64,000 bases of DNA from Promethearchaeia archaeon (GTDB lineage Archaea; Asgardarchaeota; Lokiarchaeia; Sigyniarchaeales; SOKP01), in NCBI GenBank assembly GCA_029856105.1, contig JAHQWH010000210.1, positions 1 to 64,000 on the forward strand, in the 5' to 3' direction. Below, piece after piece: positions 50,341 through 59,793 of the stretch. The stretch's first letter is position 1; each line of letters opens with the position of its first letter. The translations under genes were made by a program, and so were the position numbers. The notes beneath the pieces are model-generated. The model had not been told where the DNA came from, did not search any database, and saw only the letters and a program-made list of their open reading frames with translations.

Positions 50341-51546
50341 ATGATACAAGAAGTGCAAAAAGGACATACTCTTTTAATTAAAGGTCCTACAAGGGTTATA
50401 TTATTAGAAGGAAAAATTGAAGTCTTTGGAAAAACATTAGTACCTAAAAAGGACGAGAAAAAAAACACGATAATCGTTCCAAGTGCTAATAATTATCCAT
50501 TATATGCGTTGGAGCCATCGAGGTTAGAGATTTTCACTGGTAATAAAGATAATGTAGAAATAATTGAAGAAAACACGATTAATAATGAATGGGTGAAAAT
50601 TAAGGATTCAATTATTAGCACGATTAGAAAAAACGAACCTAACAAACCATTAAAAGTAATGGTGTTAGGAGTTAGTAGTGGGAAAACTACTCTCGTAAAA
50701 TTTTTAGCGAACAATATTATTAACGAAGGATTAAAAGCAGCTTTTCTCGATTCAGATTTAGGACAACAATTGTTATACCTCCCAACAACCCTTAATATAG
50801 GGGATATTAAAGAAGGTATTGTATCAAGCGCTGAAATTGATACCGATGAAACGATTTTCATTGGAAGTACTTTCCCAAAAGCTAATTTTAAATTTGTTGT
50901 TTCACATTTTTGCAAAAATTTGATAACTAATTTTGTTGAAAGACACAAGGATACGGATGTCATTCTTATTGACAGTGATGGATGGATAAGAACTGAAGCA
51001 GGAATTATTTATAAAACCTTTTTCATAGATACTGTCGATCCTGATATTCTGATTGTATTTCACGACGATTCTATCGAAGAATTAAAAGAAATTGAAAAAA
51101 ATGCTGTTAAATCAAAGAAAAGAAAAATCTTTCTTTTAAAGGAGCACAATGAGTTTTTTTACGAAAAAGATAAAGAAGAAAGAAGATTTATTAGACAGAG
51201 TCAATTTGCAAAGGTTTTAGAAAACTATAGAAAGATTTCAATACCATTAAACGATATTAAATTCATAAAAAACGATTACGATATTGAAAACAATGAAATT
51301 ATAGAAGTAGAAATCAACCCTAATAATTTAATTAATCTGCCTTATCATTATGTAATTATTTCTTTGCTTACAGAAGATTCTAAGATGATTAAAATTGGTC
51401 TTCTTTTTCTTATCAATTTAGAGAAAAATTATATTCTATTATTTTCAGATCTGAGTTTTAAAGAACAAAGTAAAGTGAAGAAAATATTACTTGGAAGTTT
51501 ACGACTCTCGACCAAAGGCAACCATCAGGGGTATTTGTATTTATAG
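50341..51546 (+). CDS. Clp1/Grc3/Nol9-family polynucleotide 5'-kinase
   Basis: N-terminal LLEGKIEVFG, P-loop GVSSGKTT, DSDLGQ, LIDSDGW, lid ERRFIR. Confidence 0.82.
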   Translation: MIQEVQKGHTLLIKGPTRVILLEGKIEVFGKTLVPKKDEKKNTIIVPSANNYPLYALEPSRLEIFTGNKDNVEIIEENTINNEWVKIKDSIISTIRKNEPNKPLKVMVLGVSSGKTTLVKFLANNIINEGLKAAFLDSDLGQQLLYLPTTLNIGDIKEGIVSSAEIDTDETIFIGSTFPKANFKFVVSHFCKNLITNFVERHKDTDVILIDSDGWIRTEAGIIYKTFFIDTVDPDILIVFHDDSIEELKEIEKNAVKSKKRKIFLLKEHNEFFYEKDKEERRFIRQSQFAKVLENYRKISIPLNDIKFIKNDYDIENNEIIEVEINPNNLINLPYHYVIISLLTEDSKMIKIGLLFLINLEKNYILLFSDLSFKEQSKVKKILLGSLRLSTKGNHQGYLYL

Positions 51547-51690
51547 AATTTCCCCCCTTTCTGTTTGTTTTCATCAATTTATAATTTTATTAAAATCACC
51601 AAGGTTATCTTTATTTATAATTGCTATCTTTAAAAGCATAATAAGATTAATTGAAATCAGACTATCCATATTTTAAATCACGATTGAGTG

Positions 51691-53136
51691 ATGTATTTGG
51701 GAGAGAACTTACTAACCAAATTCCTTAAATTAATGTCAAAAGATATCACTGAGTCTGATTTAGAATTAATTCAATTAGGAAGTACCTTAGGACTTAACCT
51801 AATCTCGTTCGCGGAACTTCGTTCATCTCAAGAAGACAGTTTTATAGATCGAATGAGAGAAAAAGCTTTGATAAAATTAGCTAAACATGGGGATAATGTT
51901 CTAGTTAATACTGACACATTTTATGCGGGTAGCATTGATTTTATGGTGTGTGATGAGCCCGAAGGTAAGAGATTTTTTCTTCTCGAAACAAATGGAGGTT
52001 CTAATCGAGGTTTGTCTATTCTTACTAATAAGCAACAAGATATAATGTATAATGGGTACTTGCAAGCAATTAGGCAGGCAATAGAAAAATCTAAAGGAAA
52101 TAATGAAAAAGTATTAGTGTTAGTAGGCGTCCCCGTAAACGACGCTTTAATCCATGAAAAAGTAATTATGGTTGAATTTTTTAGGAAAAAAATTAAATCG
52201 ATGGGTTATTCGCTTAAAATTTTTAATTCTGATAGTTATTCCAAGGAATATAAGGCAGAAGTTGTGTTTTTAATAGCGGATTATAAAGAATTAGATCAAA
52301 CATTAACATTTTCTAAAGGATGGATTAAATATCTAGGTGAAAAAGTTAATGTTTTGATTGGAGATGGTATAGCGAGACGTCTAAACGATGAGGAATTTGT
52401 TAATCTAATTAAAAAAGACTTTCGCAGAATAAATACTATAATTGTAAATCCAATTTTCAAAATTACTGATGATAAATCTCTCACATATCTAGCAAGTTTT
52501 TACCATAAAAGTCTCCTTGAAAAGTTTAATTTGAAATATTTACTTTTCACAAAAGTTAATAATGAGAAGGAATTAAGCCAAAAAATAGACTATTTAATAA
52601 AAAAATACAATAAATCTTTTATCATTAAACCTATGGGAGGATCTGGTGGAGCAGGAGTAATCCCAATCTTAAAGAATGAAAAACCTCAACGAATTAAACA
52701 CATTATAGAAGAAAGTAAAAGAGAGTTCTTTGCAAAATTTATGAAAAATCGTAATCCATATCCTTATACAATTCAAGAGATGGCTAACTTTAATACTATC
52801 TTGTGGAAGGGCGGAAAACATACTTATGACATAAGACTCTATTTAGCCCAAAAAGAAGGTCTTATAATTCCAGTTGGTGGTCTAGCAAGAATTGCTAGAG
52901 GTGTATATAAAGGCTCTTTAAAGAAAGAAGAATTTGTAGTAAACTTATCTGGTTTCGATGGTCAAATTGAAGTTGAGCGAGGTATTGGATTCTCACAGAA
53001 AAATAGTAAACTATTAAATTTGTCTATAGATGATTTTGTTAATATGTCTTGCATTGGATGTACCTTAATCGCTAAGATATGTAAAGATTACCAACAGTTA
53101 ATTAATTTCTCAGATTGGGATAAAATTATTGGTTAG
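51691..53136 (+). CDS. Circularly permuted ATP-grasp amide/peptide ligase
   Basis: N-terminal GSIDF...FLLETN; later IIKPMGGSGGAG, TIQE, YDIRLY, GGLARIA, VVNLS. Confidence 0.78.
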   Translation: MYLGENLLTKFLKLMSKDITESDLELIQLGSTLGLNLISFAELRSSQEDSFIDRMREKALIKLAKHGDNVLVNTDTFYAGSIDFMVCDEPEGKRFFLLETNGGSNRGLSILTNKQQDIMYNGYLQAIRQAIEKSKGNNEKVLVLVGVPVNDALIHEKVIMVEFFRKKIKSMGYSLKIFNSDSYSKEYKAEVVFLIADYKELDQTLTFSKGWIKYLGEKVNVLIGDGIARRLNDEEFVNLIKKDFRRINTIIVNPIFKITDDKSLTYLASFYHKSLLEKFNLKYLLFTKVNNEKELSQKIDYLIKKYNKSFIIKPMGGSGGAGVIPILKNEKPQRIKHIIEESKREFFAKFMKNRNPYPYTIQEMANFNTILWKGGKHTYDIRLYLAQKEGLIIPVGGLARIARGVYKGSLKKEEFVVNLSGFDGQIEVERGIGFSQKNSKLLNLSIDDFVNMSCIGCTLIAKICKDYQQLINFSDWDKIIG

Positions 53137-53258
53137 AACAAGCATAAATCCTATAATATTCTAAATTTAATGAAAGTTTTCTGATGACACTGGCCCTTTT
53201 TTAGAACCTATTGGCTTTTCATAAATTTTACTATAAATAGCTAATAATACTTATTATT

Positions 53259-53432
53259 TTATGCTATTAAAAGCTCCTTCTCGTTGAGATTTTTCTCACT
53301 TAAACAATCCTTATGATAATAAAAAGTTTTGTTACCGTAAAATTTCCCGTTTATTAAATTTCCTAAAGTTATTTTGAAGTGTGAATTTAACTTTTGAAGT
53401 TTAATTTCTTCTCTACAAATAGGACAAATCAT
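53259..53432 (-). CDS. 57-aa zinc-finger protein (CxxC-x33-HxxC, PARP-finger-like); not in the ORF track
   Basis: Manual translation MICPICREEIKLQKLNSHFKITLGNLINGKFYGNKTFYYHKDCLSEKNLNEKELLIA*. Confidence 0.72.
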   Translation of the reverse strand: MICPICREEIKLQKLNSHFKITLGNLINGKFYGNKTFYYHKDCLSEKNLNEKELLIA

Positions 53433-53516
53433 TAAAATACAATTTATATACTTTAAATTAAATTAAAAAAGAAATATTTAAAGTTAACAATTTTAAAATT
53501 CTAACTTAAGATTGAG

Positions 53517-54518
53517 CTAAGAGTTAAAAAATTTTAGAGAAGCTGCGACTAAAACTATTTCGTTTTTCTTTTGAGTGTGGCCACCCTTTTTTAAAACTAA
53601 TGTGTTTTCATCTGAAAGATCTAGCAGTTTAACATTTTCCTTGAAGTTCTTAAATTTTATAATTTTATCGTTTCTAGCATGAATAAGAAATATTCTCTTA
53701 GAATAATTACGCCATATATCTTCTGATAGTAAGCGTTTAGATTTCTCGATTACGATGTATGGAGATAATTCTTCATTTTCTTCTTTATTTGGGAACAATT
53801 TTACACCCCTTAATAGATAGCTAAGCATTACTATAGGACTATATTTAGGTAAGTTTTGTTTGTAATAAGATATTGAAGAAATGGCAATTATTTTTTCAAT
53901 ATGAACATTTGAAAACCCTCCACATAGAACAGTTATAGCTCCGATGCTGTATCCAACGGAATAGATTTTTTTGTTCTTAAGCTGGTCATTATCCTTAACC
54001 CATTCTATTATTTTTCTATAATCATCTATTCTCTTTAAAAATTGACTCCTCCTTCCTACCTTTTTAGACTCTCCAATGCCACGTGCATCATACGCTAAGA
54101 TTGTATATCCTTGGTAAGCTAACGGTAAATAATAGTATTGTAGAGTTTCTTTTGTGTCTGAAAAGCCATGGCAGACAACGACAATAGTATTTTTGGATTT
54201 AACAATTTCTTGATCGTTTGAACGTATTAAACAAGCTACAATACACCTACTTTTTCCTTTTTTGTTTTTACCAACTTCGATTTTAATTTTAGAAATTATT
54301 AAACTCCCAAATTTAATAGGAGCCCATCTATCGAAGTACAAATCCCTAAAGCTCCAGTATATTTCAAATGGAGTGTAAATGATTAAAAATGTTGTTGTTG
54401 ATAATATCAAACACGGTTCAAAAGGATTACCCCACGAGGTATTTAGGTTCCAGATGTATGCACTAAAAATAATTCCAATAATGATTATAAATATACGTTT
54501 TTGATTCTTTGAGAGCAT
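53517..54518 (-). CDS. Membrane-anchored alpha/beta-hydrolase
   Basis: Two N-terminal TM segments, CHGF, YDARGIGES, GYSIGA, ND, GGH. Confidence 0.87.
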   Translation of the reverse strand: MLSKNQKRIFIIIIGIIFSAYIWNLNTSWGNPFEPCLILSTTTFLIIYTPFEIYWSFRDLYFDRWAPIKFGSLIISKIKIEVGKNKKGKSRCIVACLIRSNDQEIVKSKNTIVVVCHGFSDTKETLQYYYLPLAYQGYTILAYDARGIGESKKVGRRSQFLKRIDDYRKIIEWVKDNDQLKNKKIYSVGYSIGAITVLCGGFSNVHIEKIIAISSISYYKQNLPKYSPIVMLSYLLRGVKLFPNKEENEELSPYIVIEKSKRLLSEDIWRNYSKRIFLIHARNDKIIKFKNFKENVKLLDLSDENTLVLKKGGHTQKKNEIVLVAASLKFFNS

Positions 54519-54593
54519 TAATTATCCCTAATGTTAGTTTATGGGGCTGAATACGATAAGATTTGAATAAAAAAATAAAAGGAAATTGGTTTT

Positions 54594-54911
54594 TCATGGC
54601 TTATTGGGTTTTGGACAGCCGTGATCATGAGCAATTTTACAACCTGGTATGCTCTTTAAACCAGGACATGGATCGCATTTCACTTTTCTTAACATTTTTA
54701 CAACATCGTCAATTTCTAATCCGAATTCTTCTTCTTCTGTTTCGTCCGTTAACATATCATCTTTAATTTCACTTAGATCGTAATCAAGATCTTCTTCTAA
54801 ATTATCTTGTTCCTCATATAAATCAAGAATTTCGTCTCCTTCATCATCCATTTTTCCTTCGGGAACATCTTCACTTTCGGTTTCTGTTGGTACTTTCTTT
54901 TTTTTAGCCAT
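54594..54911 (-). CDS. Acidic low-complexity protein with C-terminal Cys/His cluster
   Basis: 105 aa from ATG 54911; about 30% D/E; ends CDPC-x8-C-x3-HDHGC. Confidence 0.75.
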   Translation of the reverse strand: MAKKKKVPTETESEDVPEGKMDDEGDEILDLYEEQDNLEEDLDYDLSEIKDDMLTDETEEEEFGLEIDDVVKMLRKVKCDPCPGLKSIPGCKIAHDHGCPKPNKP

Positions 54912-55170
54912 TGATTTCACGATTAATATTAGTTATTTTATTTAGTATTAATATAAAATAAATTAATTCAATAAAATTTAGATTTTATTATTTTATTTTC
55001 GAAAAGTGAAAATCTAATTCAATTCTTAGTTAGTGATAAATCTTAATGCCAAATAATAAGTTCAAATATATTACATTAAAATTGGTACAGAATTGAATTT
55101 CTTAAAAAAAGATACATTTAATAAAGCCAAGATATAATTTAATTTTAATTTAAACTATTTTAAAAAAAAA

Positions 55171-56589
55171 TTGGTGAATTATAAATTGGAAAATATTCAA
55201 GAAGCACCTAAATTTTCTACGAAAATGCGATTGAATTGGGCGATGGCTAGTTTTGGAGGTGCATTGATTAGCGGGATATACGCTGCGCTCCTCCCAATTT
55301 TCTACATTGATTATCTTGGATTAGTGGAAAATGCTGCTGTGATATACTGGGTACAAATTATTTATGTTTTAGTAAACGCATTCAATGATCCAATATTTGG
55401 GATAATGTCTGATAGATCCAAAGCAAAAAAGGGAAGAAGAATACCTTTTATGAGATATACTGCGCCTTTTTTAGCGCTAACATTTATCCTCATATGGTTT
55501 TCTCCGGATTCAAGCTCTGGAGAGTGGATAGTATTCTTGTGGATGGTCATTACTACTTGCCTTTATGATACAGCCTACACAATCATTTTTTTGGTTTATT
55601 CTGCATTATTACCTGAAGTAACTGAAAACGAACAAGAAAGAACTGGCCTTCAAGTGTATGCTTCGTTCTTGTCATTGATTGGTATGGTTTTGGGATTTAT
55701 AATACCTGATATGTTTAGAAATCAATCTCGCTTTCTCTTGTTAATGTCAATGATAGGCGTTGGAATTGTGGGTGCGGCGTTAATAATGTATACGACGTAT
55801 AAGTTTAAAGAGAGACCAGAATTTACAAAAGTCGATAAACCATTAGGTTTCTTTGACGCGTTAAAGTTCACATTCAAAAACCGTTCCTTTTTGAGCCTAG
55901 TTGCTGCTAATTTTATGGGAATCTTGATTCAATCGTTAATCCTTGGTTCGCTCTTCTATTTAGCAGATTACATCCTGCAAGAATCTACACTTACCTTATT
56001 AATATTCGTATTTTTACCCTTGATTATAGGTATATGGATCACGCCAAAATTAATTAAAAAGTGGGGTGTAGTTCGAAGCGACCAAATTCTTTTACTAATT
56101 GGTGGTACGGGGTTAATCCTATTGTTTTTTATTATAGGTTTAGAGAGCAATATAATGATATACATTTTTCTAGCAATAGCCGGTTTTGGATTTGTTGGTC
56201 CATTAATCTTTACAAATGTTATGTTTGCTCAAGTAGCAGACGAAGACGAATTGAAAACTGGAGTTAGACGAGAAGCAGCGTTCTTTGGGATAAACGCTTT
56301 ATTAACAAAACCAGCTCAAAGCCTTGCTATTGTAATTCCTACAATGCTCTTAGATCTCTCGAACTTTATTCCACATGCCTTAGGGCAGCCTCCAGTCCTT
56401 CCACAACCCGCTGAAGCGATATTTGCAATTAGACTTTTTATTAGTCTCATTCCAGGGATTGCTCTTATTTTAGCAGCCTTTATCTTGCAATTATATCCAA
56501 TCAAAGGAAACTACTGGGATAAAATACAAAAGGATATTTTGATTTTGCACGATCAAAAGCATAAAAAATTGAAGGAATTAGAAAGGTAA
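55171..56589 (+). CDS. MFS transporter, GPH (MelB-like) family
   Basis: NAFNDPIFG..SDR, GRRIPF, DEDELKTGVRREA, about 12 TM segments. Confidence 0.92.
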   Translation: MVNYKLENIQEAPKFSTKMRLNWAMASFGGALISGIYAALLPIFYIDYLGLVENAAVIYWVQIIYVLVNAFNDPIFGIMSDRSKAKKGRRIPFMRYTAPFLALTFILIWFSPDSSSGEWIVFLWMVITTCLYDTAYTIIFLVYSALLPEVTENEQERTGLQVYASFLSLIGMVLGFIIPDMFRNQSRFLLLMSMIGVGIVGAALIMYTTYKFKERPEFTKVDKPLGFFDALKFTFKNRSFLSLVAANFMGILIQSLILGSLFYLADYILQESTLTLLIFVFLPLIIGIWITPKLIKKWGVVRSDQILLLIGGTGLILLFFIIGLESNIMIYIFLAIAGFGFVGPLIFTNVMFAQVADEDELKTGVRREAAFFGINALLTKPAQSLAIVIPTMLLDLSNFIPHALGQPPVLPQPAEAIFAIRLFISLIPGIALILAAFILQLYPIKGNYWDKIQKDILILHDQKHKKLKELER

Positions 56590-56691
56590 AGTTCCATCTT
56601 TAATTTTTTTTTTTTCTTAATTATTACTATATTTTAATATTCTTATCTCTATTTCTTATAAAAATTAAAAGAGGTATATATCTATTAAAAA

Positions 56692-58725
56692 TTAGAATTT
56701 ATACACCAAACCTTTGTTTATTTGATCCACCAATTTGGAATTACCATATAAAAAATTAAATGAATTATTAATTTGATTTAGGTTTTCATTCACTTCTCCC
56801 TTTAAATAAGTAAGGTATTTTGGTAGAGCAAAACGACGTTTAAAATTTTTAATTTTTATATTTGGTACCGAATTATGAGAATTTAATAATTTACTTAATT
56901 CATCGTAAGGCTCGAATTGTAAATATAGTTGAGCAACTAAAGAATTTGTTAGGTTTTGATAAAAATTTAAGAGTTTTTCGATTTCTAATAATTGAATTTC
57001 ATCGTTTGGTTCTTGGAGAAGTTCAAATCTTAATTGCGATAAAAATTGATTTATTTTGCCTAAATAAGAAAGCGACGTGGGAAAAAGTTCTGGCATGGGC
57101 AGTTTTTTTATAAAACTTCCATTAAACCTTAAATAACCTCCAGACATGTGAAGAGTTCCGTATAATGCTTTAAATACTGAATTAATAATATCTGAATTCA
57201 TTATCGAAAGTAAACAAAAATAGTCGTTTGTTTTAAATGAAGGTACCCTTAAAAAATAAAGCCCCGTTAAATTAACGTAAATACCCGGATCGTACACACA
57301 AGTAATATCCTTAGCAATTTCTCTAAAAATTATTTTTTCACTATTAAGGTTATCCCAAACTTCTTTTTTCTCTGATGGAAAGCTAAAATATGATACTTCG
57401 TGATTTACTTTTGCGATTTTTATGCGTTTTTTGAAATCAATATAATATTTACCAACATTTCCGGTTCCTATCAATATTAAATCTTTATTAGAAGTCTTAT
57501 TTTTACTAATATTTTTGAAGTTTTCCGCCCATTTAATGAAACCGAAAGGACGATATGTAATTTTTAAACCCTTTATAACTTGTATCATTGGTTTGAAATA
57601 AGTATACAAGAAGTTAACTAAGTTTATATCAGGAGATATTGGTATTACAGATGATGGGAGGTTTTTTATTGAATCTTGGGGTAATTCAGTTATTTTTTCA
57701 TTTTGCAAATGCTTAAAATCTTTCATGCTCTCAAATTTTTTTATTAGAATCGTATTTCCTGTGTTAGTTCTTTTTTTAAAAGAAATAATTATTGGATAAG
57801 CAGCAGTTTTTTGAAATATCAGTAATGAGGATACATTAATAATTTCCTTAAGCTCTGTATCTCGCAATAACATCTCCCTAATTTTCAGACCATAATCGGC
57901 TGATAAAAATTTATTGGTAGTTAAAAAAGATAGGCATCCAACTCCTTTTTTCAATAATTCTATCGATTTTTCAATAAAAACAACACTAAGATCAAACAAT
58001 CTATAAGCAGATTCAAATTTTTTTTTGATTTTTTTTTTGAAATCTACATCTAATATCTTCTTATTTTCGACGTAAGGAGGATTTCCGATTATGAGGTCAA
58101 TATCAGTTGAATCAAATTTAAGAAGGTAATCTAAATTAAATATATTAAAGTTCAGATCGATTTTATCGATATAATTTTCAATTTCGTCTAAATTTGAATT
58201 GATACGAACTAAATCGTCTAAAAATGGGGACTTTACATCCGAATAAAGCCATAATATCAGTCTTAGTTTTGAAATCAAGTATGCTGACTTATCAATTTCG
58301 ATTCCGTATAAATTGTTTTGAATTATTTTTTTCTTAATATCGTAATCAGGACACCCTAACTCAAATATCTTATTGATATTAAAAAGAACTTCGGCGATGG
58401 CGATCAAAAATCTTCCCGTGCCACAAGCGGGGTCTAGAATTTTAATATTTCTTATTTTTGCTTCAAATCTATCTTTAAGACTTTCATTTTTTGCGAGTAA
58501 TTGTTTTAGACTGGCGTAATCACAGTTTGTTTGAAAAACTTTTCTTAGCTCTAAAAAATCGTCAAAAAAGATCCTAAAAATGTTTAATACCATAAAGTCC
58601 GCAATTGGTTGAGGAGTATAAACTACTCCACGATCTCGATTATTCTTCTTTTCAGTAACTATCTCATTTTCGAATTTGCTAATTATGTTTTCCAAAATTT
58701 GTATCTTGTTTTTAGATGACTGCAT
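56692..58725 (-). CDS. N6-adenine DNA methyltransferase (Eco57I/TaqI-like) with C-terminal target-recognition domain
   Basis: GVVYTP, ILDPACGTGRF, NNLYGIEID, IIGNPPY, IMNS, GGYLRF. Confidence 0.87.
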   Translation of the reverse strand: MQSSKNKIQILENIISKFENEIVTEKKNNRDRGVVYTPQPIADFMVLNIFRIFFDDFLELRKVFQTNCDYASLKQLLAKNESLKDRFEAKIRNIKILDPACGTGRFLIAIAEVLFNINKIFELGCPDYDIKKKIIQNNLYGIEIDKSAYLISKLRLILWLYSDVKSPFLDDLVRINSNLDEIENYIDKIDLNFNIFNLDYLLKFDSTDIDLIIGNPPYVENKKILDVDFKKKIKKKFESAYRLFDLSVVFIEKSIELLKKGVGCLSFLTTNKFLSADYGLKIREMLLRDTELKEIINVSSLLIFQKTAAYPIIISFKKRTNTGNTILIKKFESMKDFKHLQNEKITELPQDSIKNLPSSVIPISPDINLVNFLYTYFKPMIQVIKGLKITYRPFGFIKWAENFKNISKNKTSNKDLILIGTGNVGKYYIDFKKRIKIAKVNHEVSYFSFPSEKKEVWDNLNSEKIIFREIAKDITCVYDPGIYVNLTGLYFLRVPSFKTNDYFCLLSIMNSDIINSVFKALYGTLHMSGGYLRFNGSFIKKLPMPELFPTSLSYLGKINQFLSQLRFELLQEPNDEIQLLEIEKLLNFYQNLTNSLVAQLYLQFEPYDELSKLLNSHNSVPNIKIKNFKRRFALPKYLTYLKGEVNENLNQINNSFNFLYGNSKLVDQINKGLVYKF

Positions 58726-58890
58726 TTTCGTGGAATCCTAACAAAAAAAATCGTTTCTTTGAGATTTTTTATTAACACTAATTCTAATAATCAAATCCTT
58801 TATTTATAAGAATGCAAGATATTAATTTAAAAGTTAAAGTACAATTAATAGAGATAAATTAAAAATTATACTTGCAAATAAGATTAAAAA

Positions 58891-59793
58891 ATGATAGACA
58901 AACCGTTTTTAAATAATCTTATAAAGGAACCATATAAAATCTCTAAACTAGAGTTCAAATATATCTCAGAGATTTTACGAAAAGCAGAAGAGATTTTTAA
59001 AGAAGAAAACTTGTTATTAGAGTTTAATCTCGATGATTCCAAAAACGAAGTATGGGTTATTGGAGATATTCATGGAAATTTAGAATCTTTACAGAGATTG
59101 ATTGAAATAATAAATGTAAAAAAACCTGAGTTTGTAATTTTTCTAGGTGATATTGTTGATCGGGGTGCAAATCAGTTAGAATGTTTAATTTTGGTTCTTG
59201 CGTTAAAAATTAGATATCCAAATAGATACTATCTATTAAAAGGGAATCACGAAACTTTAGAAATTAACAAAGCTTATGGATTCTTCCAAGAATTTAAATA
59301 TAGATTTAAAGATCAAAAAAAATTTGACGAAGTTTTAGCCGTATACAATGTACTTCCCTTTTGTGCTTTAGTAAATAAAGGCATATTATGTCTACATGGC
59401 GGGATTCCCGAAGATATCGCGATTTTAAGGAAGTTGAGTGGATTAAAAACAAGAGATATTGTTTCAGTATCCAAAACAATAGCAGAAAGTCTAGTACAAA
59501 TTATGTGGAATGACCCTAAATCCGATTTAAAAGGATTCTCAGAAAGTTTTAGAGGTCCTGGAACAAAGTTTTTTGGAGAAGATGTTTTTAATGATTTTAT
59601 GAAAGAGTATAATTTAAAATATTTAATTAGAGCGCACGAAGTATTCCTTGAAGGTTATAAATGGTTTTTCAACAAGCGGTTGTTATCTATATTTTCTTCT
59701 GCTAATTATAGAGGTAAGTCATCACCAAATCCAGCGTCCTACGCCGTTATAAAAAATAATTTGGTAAAACCAAAATTAATCAAAAAATTATAA
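58891..59793 (+). CDS. PPP-family Ser/Thr protein phosphatase (PP1/PP2A-like)
   Basis: GDIHG, GDIVDRG, KGNHE, HGG, WNDP, RAHE, IFSSANY. Confidence 0.93.
   Translation: MIDKPFLNNLIKEPYKISKLEFKYISEILRKAEEIFKEENLLLEFNLDDSKNEVWVIGDIHGNLESLQRLIEIINVKKPEFVIFLGDIVDRGANQLECLILVLALKIRYPNRYYLLKGNHETLEINKAYGFFQEFKYRFKDQKKFDEVLAVYNVLPFCALVNKGILCLHGGIPEDIAILRKLSGLKTRDIVSVSKTIAESLVQIMWNDPKSDLKGFSESFRGPGTKFFGEDVFNDFMKEYNLKYLIRAHEVFLEGYKWFFNKRLLSIFSSANYRGKSSPNPASYAVIKNNLVKPKLIKKL

Noticed and set aside
53160-53230. Imperfect hairpin with ATGA and an A-rich loop, a possible SECIS
   Set aside because: Pairing is weak, there is no proper GA/GA quartet, and no neighbouring gene has an in-frame UGA. A terminator-like element or chance is more likely.
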